Assembly (NCBI GenBank): GCA_965213925.1
Contig: OZ243927.1
Coordinates: 256,001 to 320,000 of the forward strand
DNA: 64,000 nt
Direction of reading: 5' to 3'
Origin: Trueperaceae bacterium
Lineage (GTDB): Bacteria; Deinococcota; Deinococci; Deinococcales; Trueperaceae
Shown piece by piece: positions 10,975 through 20,499 of the stretch. Positions within the stretch are counted from its first letter, which is position 1. Each line of letters starts with the position of its first letter. The notes below the pieces were generated by a model. That model was not told the DNA's origin, searched no databases, and was given only the letters and a program-made list of their open reading frames with translations. The translations under genes and the position numbers were made by a program.

Positions 10975-12422
10975 ACGCCACCCGTAAAAATCGACTTCGT
11001 CTCCATGTATTCAAAAATCCCCTCAGACCCCGTTTCGCGTCCGAAGCCGCTGCCCTTGATGCCGCCGAAGGGCGCTTCGGGTGTCGCTGGCAGCCAATCG
11101 TTGATGCAGACCATGCCGTACTCGAGCCCCTCCGACATGCGAATGGAGGTATTGAGGTCATTCGTCAGGACGAAGGCGGCAAGCCCATACTCGGTGTCAT
11201 TCGCAAGCTGCAAGACCTCTTCCCTATCGCTGAACTCGACAACCGGCATGACGGGACCGAAAATCTCTTCGTCGTAGACGGGAACGCCTGGTTTTGCGCC
11301 CGTGACGACGGTAGGTTCGAAGAAGTACCCTCTTCCGTCTCGAGCCTTGCCTCCCGTCAAGACTTCTGCGCCGCTGGATAGGCTCGAGTCCACCAACGCC
11401 GCTACCCGCTCGCGCTGTTTGGCGTTGATGAGCGGACCGACCTCCGTACCTCTTTCCAAACCATGACCCACCGTGAGCGCCTTCGCCGCCTCCGCTGCAC
11501 CCTCCACAAACTCGTCATAGATGGTCTCATGGACAAAAAAGCGTTGCGGCGACACGCAGACCTGCCCGCAGTTGCGCGTCTTCCACGTGACCGCGAGCTT
11601 CGCCGTTCGCGCTACGTCCACATCCGGAAAGACGAGCACAGGCGCGTTGCCGCCGAGTTCTAAGGAGAGCCGCGTCATCGTCTGCGAGGCTCCGTCCATT
11701 AAGAGTTTGCCGACGCGGGGGGAGCCCGTGAACTGAATCTTGCGAACTCTGGCATCTTGCAGCAAAACCTCGCCCATCCCCTCCGGCTCTCCGTTGATGA
11801 GGTTCATCACCCCGGCGGGTGCGCCCCCCTCGTGCAAGGCTTGCGCCAAGAGCATCCCCGTGCGCGGCGTGAACTCGCTCGGACGCCCGACGACGGTGTT
11901 GCCTGCCGCGAGCGCCGCTGCCCACACCCGCACGTTGTTGTAAACGGGAAAGTTCCACGCGGTGATGCTACCGACCACGCCCATCGGCCGATGAATCACC
12001 TGGATGCGGCGGTTGCTGACCCGTGCGGGGACGGTGCGCCCATACGCGCGGACGCCCTCGCCTGCGAACCACTCAAGATACCCCACCGCGCTCGCCCACT
12101 CCGCTTTGGCTTCACCGAGAGGTTTGCCCGACTCCTCTGTTGTGACCCTCGCCAAATCCTCAACGCGCTCCGAAATCCACGCGCCCGCTTTGCGTAAGAC
12201 CTCGGCACGTTTGTATGGATTCGTTTGTGACCAAGCGGGGAAGGCTTCAGCAGCGGCGTCAACGGCTGCCTGTGCATCCTCACGATTTCCAAAAGGAACC
12301 TGCTGAATGACCTCTTCAGTCGCGGGGTCTACGAGGTTCCAGGTGTTGCGGTTGCCCGCGTCCGTCCACTCGCCGCCGATGAGTTGTTTGAAAAAGTAGG
12401 CTTCTTTGGTTTGGACTGCCAT
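10971..12422 (-). CDS. gabD: NAD(P)-dependent succinate-semialdehyde dehydrogenase / aldehyde dehydrogenase
   Basis: WNFP, FTGS, LELGGNAP, GQVC, EEIFGP and PFGGIKGSG motifs; same operon as gabT. Confidence 0.8.
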   Translation of the reverse strand: MAVQTKEAYFFKQLIGGEWTDAGNRNTWNLVDPATEEVIQQVPFGNREDAQAAVDAAAEAFPAWSQTNPYKRAEVLRKAGAWISERVEDLARVTTEESGKPLGEAKAEWASAVGYLEWFAGEGVRAYGRTVPARVSNRRIQVIHRPMGVVGSITAWNFPVYNNVRVWAAALAAGNTVVGRPSEFTPRTGMLLAQALHEGGAPAGVMNLINGEPEGMGEVLLQDARVRKIQFTGSPRVGKLLMDGASQTMTRLSLELGGNAPVLVFPDVDVARTAKLAVTWKTRNCGQVCVSPQRFFVHETIYDEFVEGAAEAAKALTVGHGLERGTEVGPLINAKQRERVAALVDSSLSSGAEVLTGGKARDGRGYFFEPTVVTGAKPGVPVYDEEIFGPVMPVVEFSDREEVLQLANDTEYGLAAFVLTNDLNTSIRMSEGLEYGMVCINDWLPATPEAPFGGIKGSGFGRETGSEGIFEYMETKSIFTGGV

Positions 12423-12446
12423 GTTATCTCCCTAGTATGAAATCCT

Positions 12447-12860
12447 CTATGCTTGTATAGCGCCGAGTAACTTTTTAGTCCGGTCACTCACGCGGTACCA
12501 GTGAAACATGATGATACAAAGCTCTTTAGTTGCCTCTCCCATAAGTGGAGCAAACACAGGAAGATAAGCAACTTCGTTCGTAATGAGCGCGGGACAAATG
12601 CCTGTAGCAACTGCGTTTCGAGCCTCTTTACCCGTTTCAGTTGCTAAATACTCAAACCAACCAAAAAGTTCTGATAAACGTTGGTGCGCCTCAGCTGTGT
12701 TGTCTTCGGCTAGACGAATGAGAAGCGGAATAACTAAATCTTCAAGGAGAATAATAGCGCCATAATTTGATCTTAGGGACCCATTCATTGTGCCTTGATA
12801 GTTTAGACGTATTTCAGGAATGTGATCGATAATTGCCTTTTCCAATTCTGTGTAAGTCAT
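12447..12860 (-). CDS. Hypothetical all-helical protein, AT-rich insertion in the operon
   Basis: 137-aa ORF co-oriented with the operon and visibly lower in GC than its neighbours. Confidence 0.6.
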   Translation of the reverse strand: MTYTELEKAIIDHIPEIRLNYQGTMNGSLRSNYGAIILLEDLVIPLLIRLAEDNTAEAHQRLSELFGWFEYLATETGKEARNAVATGICPALITNEVAYLPVFAPLMGEATKELCIIMFHWYRVSDRTKKLLGAIQA

Positions 12861-12899
12861 AACAACTCAAACTTTACATGCCAATTTCGAAAACTTCGA

Positions 12900-14252
12900 T
12901 TATCCGGTCACAGGCTCTTTCAGCGCCGAGCGCACCGCCTCCCCTAGCACCCCCATCCCCTCATCAATCTCTTCATCCGAGAGATTCAAGGGTGGCAACA
13001 AGCGGATGCAGTTGCTGTAGAGCCCCGCTCGCAAGATAATCAGCCCGCGCTTCAAGGCTTCGGCAGTGATGTCTACCACCTCTTGCGCGGTGAGCGGCTT
13101 CTTCCCCGCTCTATCCCGCACAAATTCCACCGCCAACATCGGACCTAAGCCGCGCACATCACCGACGGATTCATGCTCATTTTGGAGTCCCCGCAGATGC
13201 TCCCGAAAACGTTCCCCGACTTGATTCGCCCTCTCTAAAAACTCCGGCGTATTGATGGTTTTAACCGCTTCAATCGCCGCCGCGCATGTGATGGGATTCC
13301 CGCTGTACGTTCCGCCTAGCCCACCCGGATGCGGCGCGTCCATCAGTTCGGCTCTGCCGATGACCGCTGAAATCGGCATTCCTGCCCCTAGAGACTTCGC
13401 CGTCGTCAAGAGGTCAGGCGTCACGCCGTAGTGCTCCACCGTAAAGAGCTTGCCTGTGCGCCCCATCCCGCACTGAATCTCGTCGGCAACCATCACCATG
13501 CCGTGCTCGGTGCATAACTCGCGGATACGCCTCAAGAACTTGGGCGGCGTCGGCAAAAAGCCGCCTTCGCCCTGGACGGGTTCGATGACCACAGCGGCGA
13601 CGGCGCCCGGGTCCACCTGGGCGATAAAGGCGTGCTCGAGCTGCTCAACCATAAAATCTACATACTGCTCATCCGTCATGCTCTCCGGGCGGCGGTAGAG
13701 GTTCGGGAAAGGTAAACGGTAGACTTCGGGCGCGAAGGGCGCGAAGCCCTTTTTGAAGAGCGCGTACTTGCTCGTCATCGTCAAGGTCAGGTTCGTGCGC
13801 CCGTGATACGCGCCCTCGAAGACGACGATGCCGGGGCGTCCCGTGTACGAGCGGGCGATATTGACCGCCGTCTCCACCGCTTCCGCGCCGCTGCTCATAA
13901 AGGTCGCTTTGGCGTTCCCTTCGATAGGCGAGATAGAGGTTAAAAGCTCAGCAAGTTCGACCATTGGCTCGGAGGTGGCGACGATGCCGCAGGGATGGAT
14001 GACCTTGTTGGCTTGAGCTTTGATCGCGGTGACGACGCTCTCAGGCGTATGCCCAACCGCCAACATGCCGATGCCGCCCGCGAAATCCAAAAGGGTATTG
14101 CCGTCTGCGTCGGTGACGGCTGCGCCGTGGGCACGTTCGACGGCGATAGAGGTAAGTTTGGCTGCACCTCTCGGTGTTACCGCTTCTCTACGGGCGACAA
14201 TCTCACGGCTCTTCGGTCCGGGAATCTCGGTGATGAGGTTGATGGTGGGCAT
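12900..14252 (-). CDS. gabT: 4-aminobutyrate--2-oxoglutarate aminotransferase (class III)
   Basis: DFAGGIG, SGAEAVE, YHGRT, EPVQGEGG, DEIQCGMGRTG, AKSLGAG and GGTYSGNP motifs. Confidence 0.85.
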   Translation of the reverse strand: MPTINLITEIPGPKSREIVARREAVTPRGAAKLTSIAVERAHGAAVTDADGNTLLDFAGGIGMLAVGHTPESVVTAIKAQANKVIHPCGIVATSEPMVELAELLTSISPIEGNAKATFMSSGAEAVETAVNIARSYTGRPGIVVFEGAYHGRTNLTLTMTSKYALFKKGFAPFAPEVYRLPFPNLYRRPESMTDEQYVDFMVEQLEHAFIAQVDPGAVAAVVIEPVQGEGGFLPTPPKFLRRIRELCTEHGMVMVADEIQCGMGRTGKLFTVEHYGVTPDLLTTAKSLGAGMPISAVIGRAELMDAPHPGGLGGTYSGNPITCAAAIEAVKTINTPEFLERANQVGERFREHLRGLQNEHESVGDVRGLGPMLAVEFVRDRAGKKPLTAQEVVDITAEALKRGLIILRAGLYSNCIRLLPPLNLSDEEIDEGMGVLGEAVRSALKEPVTG

Positions 14253-14614
14253 CAGATGCGCCCCGGTTCTTTCACAGTCCGCTCGTTCTCCGTGTTACCT
14301 GTGTTGAGCGTCGTTTTCGGCTCAATCAACATGACCTCGACCTCTTCCTCGGCATAAGGTTGATGCTCCAACCCTCTCGGGATAACGACGAATTCGCCTT
14401 CATGCACCCGCACCTCTTCGCTGCGCAGCCGCATCGTAAAGCTACCTTTGACGACAAAAAAGAGTTCGTCCTCGCGCTCATGGTGATGCCACACGAACGC
14501 ACCTTGAAACTTGACGAGCTTAACCGCAACGTCGTTGACCTCGCCGACGAGTTTAGGATTCCAGTATTCGTTAAAGGAAGCGAACTTTTCACCGAGGTTG
14601 ACCTTTTGAATCAT
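14252..14614 (-). CDS. Cupin-domain protein
   Basis: WHHHEREDELF...PRGLEH cupin motifs. Confidence 0.88.
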   Translation of the reverse strand: MIQKVNLGEKFASFNEYWNPKLVGEVNDVAVKLVKFQGAFVWHHHEREDELFFVVKGSFTMRLRSEEVRVHEGEFVVIPRGLEHQPYAEEEVEVMLIEPKTTLNTGNTENERTVKEPGRI

Positions 14615-14628
14615 AACTCTCCTAACCT

Positions 14629-15900
14629 CTAAGCCGAGACGGGCGCAGCTTGCTTTAACGCCTCTGCAAAAACCTCTAATGCCGCGTTAATCTGCTCAGC
14701 GTTCACCACGAGCGGCGGAATCCAGCGGATGATGTTGCCATACGTCCCGCAAGTTAGCAGCAAGAGGTTTCGCTCGAGGCACGCTTGATGAACGCGCTTG
14801 CACGTCTCGGCATCGGGTTGTCCATTCGAAGAGGTAAACTCCGTCCCGACCATGAGCCCGCGTCCGCGCACGTCGCCCAAAACGGGATGGTCGCGTTGCA
14901 ACTCGAGCAAGCCCCTCATCAACCGCTCGCCCATCTCGGCGGCGTTCTCAGGTAGCTTCTCTTCGACCATCACCTCTACGGTTGCTTTCGCCGCCGCAAG
15001 CGGGATGGCGCTGCCGCCGCCGTAGGTGCCGCCGTGTGTGCCCGTTTGCCACCTGCTCATGAGGTCGCGGCTTGCAGCAATCCCCGAAATCGGCAGTCCG
15101 CTCCCCAACCCTTTCGCCATCACGACGATGTCAGGGCGCACGTCCGCGTGCTCGAAACAAAACATCTTCCCCGTCCGCCCAAACCCGGTCTGCACCTCAT
15201 CCATCACCAGCATAATGCCGTACTCGTCGCACACGCGGCGCAGTTCGTGAAGGAAGGGGAGCGGCGCGGGCACGTAGCCCCCTTCGCCCAAAATCGGCTC
15301 GATCATGATCGCGGCGGTCTCATCGGGTGCGGTTTGGGATTTCAAGAGGTGCTCCAGCTGCCGTACACAAAACTCTACTGTCGCCTCGTCGTCCCAGCCA
15401 TAGAAGTAGGAGTAAGGATACGGCGCGACGAAGACGCCGCCCGGCAGAGGTTGATACTGATGGCGGTAAACCGTCTTCGAGGTCGTCATCGCCATCGCCT
15501 GCGCGGTGCGCCCGTGAAAGCTGCCCTGAAAGACGATGACATTGGTACGCCCTGTCGCGTGCCGCGCCAGTTTGAGTGCGCCCTCGGTGGCTTCCGCGCC
15601 GCTGTTCGAGAAGAAGAAGGAGTCGATGCCCGTGGGCATGAGCGGTGCGAGGGCGTCGGTGAGTTCCAGCGCAGCAGGCGACACGACGATGTTCATCTGT
15701 CCGAAGAGGAGCTTTTCGGCTTGGTCTTGAATCGCTTTGACGACTTTTGGATGACAGTGACCTGTATTTGTCACGCCGATGCCCGAGGTGAAGTCGGTGT
15801 AGCGGGTGCCGTTTTGTTCGTAGAGGTAGATGCCTTCGGCGCGGGTAGGCTGGATATAGGTGAGGTGGGTCCAGACGGGTGAGAGGTGGTTGAGTGCCAT
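14629..15900 (-). CDS. Class III PLP aminotransferase (GABA/diamine type)
   Basis: DFTSGIG, NSGAEA, FHGRT, EPILGEGG, DEVQTGFGRTG and HGGTYGG motifs. Confidence 0.9.
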   Translation of the reverse strand: MALNHLSPVWTHLTYIQPTRAEGIYLYEQNGTRYTDFTSGIGVTNTGHCHPKVVKAIQDQAEKLLFGQMNIVVSPAALELTDALAPLMPTGIDSFFFSNSGAEATEGALKLARHATGRTNVIVFQGSFHGRTAQAMAMTTSKTVYRHQYQPLPGGVFVAPYPYSYFYGWDDEATVEFCVRQLEHLLKSQTAPDETAAIMIEPILGEGGYVPAPLPFLHELRRVCDEYGIMLVMDEVQTGFGRTGKMFCFEHADVRPDIVVMAKGLGSGLPISGIAASRDLMSRWQTGTHGGTYGGGSAIPLAAAKATVEVMVEEKLPENAAEMGERLMRGLLELQRDHPVLGDVRGRGLMVGTEFTSSNGQPDAETCKRVHQACLERNLLLLTCGTYGNIIRWIPPLVVNAEQINAALEVFAEALKQAAPVSA

Positions 15901-15935
15901 GCTGACCTTCTTTCGCTGAAATAACGACTATTTCT

Positions 15936-16667
15936 CTACATACTACGCTCTAAATAGACGGTGTCTCCAACCTTGACGTTCCCCAACTTCAAAACCGAGC
16001 CGTAAACGCCAGCACACGCTTGCATCGTCCTGGCAACCTCTTTCAAAATTTTTGGGTTGTTTTCGCCGCTTTCAGGCTCGAGCCCAATCATTACACAACG
16101 CTTCGTTCGGTGACTGACGTTGATTGTCGCGGGGTCTGAACGGTTGCCGAAGGTAAGGGAAGCGTTTAGCCACCCTGTTTCGGGTTCTTCGTCTATATCC
16201 TCAGTTTGAACGATGAGGTTTGCGCGGAAGCGGCGGGGGTCTAAGGGTTCGTCTAAAGTGCGCTGGAGGGTCTCGAGTGTCTCAGTTGTCATCAGCGACA
16301 CAGGCATAGCGTCGTAAGTGCCCCGGTTCAGATGAAGAAGAGAAATATCTCCGCCGTAGTCAGTGGCTAAGGCTTGTTTTAGCTCGGGGGACTCAAGAGG
16401 TAGCGTTTGTCCAGAAGGCGTGTAAACGCAAATATCCGACTTCATGGGTTCATCTGGAGAAGCAAAATGAGGTTCGTACTGTAACAGTTGAGGCAGCTCG
16501 CGCCCCGTTAGCCAGGGGAAGCTCGAGTTCGTGTCTGTTCTTACGAAGGCACACTTTCTGTCACCATTTAAGCCGTACCAATAAAGCGTCGCTTCGGAGA
16601 CAGAAACACCCTGCATAGATTTCACGGGGTAGAGGTTGACCTCTTTGACGATGCCGATAGGTTTCAT
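15936..16667 (-). CDS. MOSC domain protein
   Basis: YPVKSMQG, GDR, RRFRANL and RCVMI motifs. Confidence 0.9.
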   Translation of the reverse strand: MKPIGIVKEVNLYPVKSMQGVSVSEATLYWYGLNGDRKCAFVRTDTNSSFPWLTGRELPQLLQYEPHFASPDEPMKSDICVYTPSGQTLPLESPELKQALATDYGGDISLLHLNRGTYDAMPVSLMTTETLETLQRTLDEPLDPRRFRANLIVQTEDIDEEPETGWLNASLTFGNRSDPATINVSHRTKRCVMIGLEPESGENNPKILKEVARTMQACAGVYGSVLKLGNVKVGDTVYLERSM

Positions 16668-16676
16668 ATGCCTACT

Positions 16677-18038
16677 TTACGCCTCTAAATCCCGTTTCTC
16701 CTTCAACACGGCTTGCTTGCGCTTTTCCACTGACCTCTCTCGAGGCGCGTCCACCTCCGCCGCAATGGGCGCAACCACATCCCCCTCATAGCTCAGCAGC
16801 TCGGCGGCGGCGCGTCTGCCGCTCAGCAGTGCGCCGTGGACAGTCGCCGCGCGGTGCTCGGGTTCGGTGGCTTCGCCCGCCCAGTAGAGCGGCGGTGTGG
16901 GCGTCGCGAGGCGCTGACGCGCACCTTCGTGACCGGGGAGGACGTAGCTGTAACCCCCTCTCACAAAGGGGTCAGCGCACCAGTTGACGAGTTGCGCGGT
17001 CTCTGCTACGAGGTCGGGTCGCTCCAGTTCCTCGCGCAAAGAGGTCAGCGCGTATTCAAGCGCTCCCTCTTCACCCATCGCGAGCAGCTCCGAGGCTTTG
17101 TCACCGGAGACGAACGCGGTCCAGATGTTCTCGTCTGTGTCCTGACCGAACGAGGGCGACCACCACATGGGCGGGTTGAGGCGGCTGTAGATCGCCATGA
17201 CCTCTTCTGAAACGATGGGCTCGCTGAATTTGTAGATGAGCTTAATGACCGGACCCATGCGCAAGCCTGCGAGGGCGGAGCGCTTGAAGTCGGGCAAGCC
17301 TGGGCTAAAGGTGAGGTGTCCTTGTAAGACACCTAGAGGTACAGCGATGACGGCGTTGTCCGCGTGGTACCGGCGTCCTGTCGTGGTTTTAACTTCAACG
17401 TTACCGCTCGCTGACCAGATGACCTCTTGGACAGGCGTCTCGAGGTGAATCTCCGTTCCCTCCGCCAAGCCTTGAACGAGTTCACCGTAGCCACCCAAAA
17501 GCCGGTAGTCTCCTAAGCCGCTCTCTTGCCCTTTATCGCGCAGCATGTCTAAAATCGCCTTCGCGCTCACCATGCGCATCGACTCGCCGCAGGCGTTCGA
17601 AAACGAACGCGCCACGTAGCGCAGTTGCTCTCTGGAGAAGCCGATGCGCGTCAGATAGTCATGCCAGCATTCGAAGGGTAGAGGCTCCTCTTCGGGCAGC
17701 GCCCACGTCCGGGTCTGGTTGAAGTCGGGATACGTGCTCTTGGCTTCTGCCATCGTCAGCCACGCGCCGTCTTCTAACCTCACCAATGAGTCTTCCGTCT
17801 TGCGCCAGTGGAGCGTCTCTAGGTTCAGTTCTCGGATGAGGTCCCACGTCGCCGCGCGGTCGCCGTGGATGAATTCCGCGCCGAGTTCGACGGGAACGTC
17901 CGCAAAATCATAAGAGGTGTGCGTGCGTCCGCCGACGCGGTCCTTAGCCTCTAAGACCACCACCTCTTCCCCCGCTTGCATGAGAGCGCGCGCCGCCGCC
18001 AACCCTGCCACCCCTGCGCTGATGACGAGCGTGCTCAT
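16677..18038 (-). CDS. Flavin monoamine/polyamine oxidase family protein
   Basis: LEAKDRVGGRT, ELGAEFIHG, W..DPF.RGGYS, WAGEAT and TVHGALLSGRRAA motifs; the first Gly of GxGxxG is Ser (ISAGVAG). Confidence 0.88.
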   Translation of the reverse strand: MSTLVISAGVAGLAAARALMQAGEEVVVLEAKDRVGGRTHTSYDFADVPVELGAEFIHGDRAATWDLIRELNLETLHWRKTEDSLVRLEDGAWLTMAEAKSTYPDFNQTRTWALPEEEPLPFECWHDYLTRIGFSREQLRYVARSFSNACGESMRMVSAKAILDMLRDKGQESGLGDYRLLGGYGELVQGLAEGTEIHLETPVQEVIWSASGNVEVKTTTGRRYHADNAVIAVPLGVLQGHLTFSPGLPDFKRSALAGLRMGPVIKLIYKFSEPIVSEEVMAIYSRLNPPMWWSPSFGQDTDENIWTAFVSGDKASELLAMGEEGALEYALTSLREELERPDLVAETAQLVNWCADPFVRGGYSYVLPGHEGARQRLATPTPPLYWAGEATEPEHRAATVHGALLSGRRAAAELLSYEGDVVAPIAAEVDAPRERSVEKRKQAVLKEKRDLEA

Positions 18039-18772
18039 AAATGCGCGGGTCGAACGCTAGACTTGGCTGCTGGTCTCACTTTCTTATGCTTGGGTGCTTC
18101 CCAGACGATGAGCATCCCGGTGTGCGACGCTTGCGCGTCCCAGGCGTAGTTTTCGATGATTCTCACGGGCTTAAAGCCTTTGCGCATCTGCACGCTCACG
18201 GTGGGATCGAAGAGTTCGCCGCGCATGACTTTATCCGCATATTCGCGCACCGACATTTCACGTTTATAGTGTTGATACCCCTTGAGCATCCCGCCTGCGT
18301 AGATGCCGCAGAGCCGCAAACGCTTGACTAAATCGAACTGCGCCTTGTAGAGCGCCGAGCCGATGCCTATGCCCTGAAAGTCGGGGTGGACCGCCTTTTC
18401 GACGCCGTAGAGCCAGCAGCCGCTATCATCGTGGTTGGCGAGCGTAAGGTCGCCGATGACCTCGTCCCAGGGAAGAGGTTTTCCAGTCGGGTCGTAGCTG
18501 GTGCGCAGCGACAGCGCGACGCCGATGACTTTTTCTTGCCCGTCTACATCCGCCACCGCGATGAGCTGACCCTCAGCGAAGCGCGTCAAGAGACCCCGCC
18601 AATCTTTGAGCCCGAAGACGCCGGAGATATTCATCGCAGGGTCGAAGAGGTTGGCGAAGCAGATGACCTCGTAGACGCCGCGCCCGTGCTTGGGCTCAGC
18701 TTGGATAATGCGGTAGTTCGCTTTAGGTTTTTTAGTAGTAACTAGATTCGTAAGACTCGAGGCTTGTTCCAT
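18035..18772 (-). CDS. GNAT-family N-acetyltransferase
   Basis: VHPDFQGIGIGSAL acetyl-CoA motif; GGMLKGY and DPTVSVQMRKGF. Confidence 0.85.
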   Translation of the reverse strand: MEQASSLTNLVTTKKPKANYRIIQAEPKHGRGVYEVICFANLFDPAMNISGVFGLKDWRGLLTRFAEGQLIAVADVDGQEKVIGVALSLRTSYDPTGKPLPWDEVIGDLTLANHDDSGCWLYGVEKAVHPDFQGIGIGSALYKAQFDLVKRLRLCGIYAGGMLKGYQHYKREMSVREYADKVMRGELFDPTVSVQMRKGFKPVRIIENYAWDAQASHTGMLIVWEAPKHKKVRPAAKSSVRPAHL

Positions 18773-18801
18773 AACGTCTGTTTAAGACAACTGGAACGTT
18801 G

Positions 18802-18900
18802 TAGCAGGTATCAAAGTCTGTCTCACTCCGTTCGGAGCTGGTCACGAGCGCACTCACTTTGTAGAACATCACCTAGCACATACGCTAAATGATACTTACG
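18802..18900 (-). repeat. Family A repeat, long subtype, upstream of the GNAT gene
   Basis: Minus strand GTGACCAGCTCCGAACGGAGTGAGACAGACTTTGATACCTGCTA matches 39797-39835 and 40364-40407. Confidence 0.75.
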
Positions 18901-19229
18901 TGATACAAGCTCAGTGACTTCGAAAAGATACAACTACCTCGGTGCGTAATACAGACGTGCAACGCACCGAAACGCTCATCGTAATGAGTTCGTTACAAAT
19001 TGGGAAAAACGAAAAGACGATAGGGTGAGTTTGTTGTCCTCAGCTCACACGAAGATAGGCCGGAACACTGCTCGAGTAATTCTCGGTATCTCTTCTCCTG
19101 ATCGGTTTCTGCTTCTCCACAACCTTCACGCGAGAGGTTTCCTCCCGAAACACAAACGGTTTCATTTGGCTAACTCACACTGCAGGGTTGTCTTGAAACT
19201 TTCACGCTCCCTTTAACTCGTCTTAGGTG

Positions 19230-19259
19230 AGTATAGCACGGGGTTTGCAGTTCTGTGAA
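19230..19259 (-). promoter_or_regulatory. Putative sigma70 promoter of the polyamine catabolic operon
   Basis: Minus strand TTCACA-N18-TATACT with an extended -10 TG. Confidence 0.45.
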
Positions 19260-19374
19260 GGGGGAGAGCACAGCGGAGCGTTTTAGAGTGAAAAAGTAGC
19301 CAGAATTCAGTAGTCAGTAGTTTTTTATGCCGACGACTGACTACTACACTGTTAAGCAAGGAACGCGGCACTGT

Positions 19375-19559
19375 TGTCACCCTGTTCACGAAGTAGCCAG
19401 TGGGAACGCAGTGACGCGAAGCTTCGGCGAAGGCGTAAGGGTCTCGGTTGACTACGTCAAAACTTCGTAACTCGCAATCTCTGTTAGAGGAGTCAGCAAG
19501 GTCAGAGATTCTTACGCTCCACGGAGCCTGCCCTGGTGAGGGTTCCGCTCAGAATGACA
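19375..19559. repeat. REP doublet (REPIN-like), family C
   Basis: TGTCACCCTG...AAGGGTCTC (19375-19445) faces GAGATTCTT...CAGAATGACA (19505-19559). Confidence 0.65.
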
Positions 19560-19653
19560 TGGTTCATTTTTTAGTTTACGGTGTACTACCCTCGAGAGAG
19601 CAACCCTAGCGAATGCACCACGCTTACCGCTTGCACGTAATAAGATATCCCCT

Positions 19654-20499
19654 ATGAACGAGCGCAAGGGGTTTCGGTTAGCCTTTCCAGGTATCTTCTG
19701 GCTCACAGTCTTTTTCATGTTGCCGCTGCTTTTCGTGTTGGCGGCGAGTTTCATGTCGAGCGGTCTAAGCGGTTCGCCGCAACTTCCGCTGACGCTAGAA
19801 CATTACGTGCGCACCTTCGACACCTTCGGCGTTATCGTGTGGCGGAGCTTGCGCATCGCCCTCTATACGACGCTCTGGTGCTTGGTGCTCGGCTATCCGC
19901 TCGCCTTTTTCATCGCCACGCGCAAAAACGCGGCGCTGCGCCTTATGCTCCTCTTTCTCATCCTCTTGCCTTTCTGGACGAACTTCTTAGTGCGCACCTA
20001 CGCGCTCAAGTCCATCCTCGGACCCGACGGCATCATCAACACGCTGCTAGCGAACCTCTCACTTGTGACACAGCCCTTAGAGTTACTCTTCACGCCCTTC
20101 GCCGTCATTCTAGGGCTCGTTTACGGCTACCTCCCTTTTATGGTGCTGCCGGTTTATGCGGCGGTGGAGCGCCTGGACTTCCGCTTCGTCGAAGCGGCTT
20201 ATGACCTCGGCGCGAACGACTGGCACGCCTTCTGGCGCGTCGTGTTTCCGCTTACACTGCCCGGCGTAGTCGCGGGCTCGATGCTCGTCTTTATCCCGTC
20301 TATAGGCTCGTTTATCACGCCCGACCTCTTGGGCGGCACGCGCGGGCTGATGATCGGCAACCTTATCGCGCGGCAGTTCGGCGGGCGCAATAACATCACG
20401 CTCGGCTCGGCGATTTCTATCGTGCTCATCGTGTTGGTGCTCATTGGCGTTGTCATCTATATACGTTACGGACAAGAGAGGCAGGGGGAAGGTGGCTGA
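19654..20499 (+). CDS. potB: Spermidine/putrescine ABC transporter permease PotB
   Basis: LPFWTNFLVRTYA, YLPFMVLPVY, EAAYDLGA and TPDLLGG motifs; leaderless TAAGAT-N7-ATG. Confidence 0.85.
   Translation: MNERKGFRLAFPGIFWLTVFFMLPLLFVLAASFMSSGLSGSPQLPLTLEHYVRTFDTFGVIVWRSLRIALYTTLWCLVLGYPLAFFIATRKNAALRLMLLFLILLPFWTNFLVRTYALKSILGPDGIINTLLANLSLVTQPLELLFTPFAVILGLVYGYLPFMVLPVYAAVERLDFRFVEAAYDLGANDWHAFWRVVFPLTLPGVVAGSMLVFIPSIGSFITPDLLGGTRGLMIGNLIARQFGGRNNITLGSAISIVLIVLVLIGVVIYIRYGQERQGEGG

Noticed and set aside
15034..15882. Long antisense ORFs (also 28292-29062, 35558-36220, 56676-57365)
   Set aside because: They lie opposite well-supported genes in GC-rich DNA and show no recognisable motifs.
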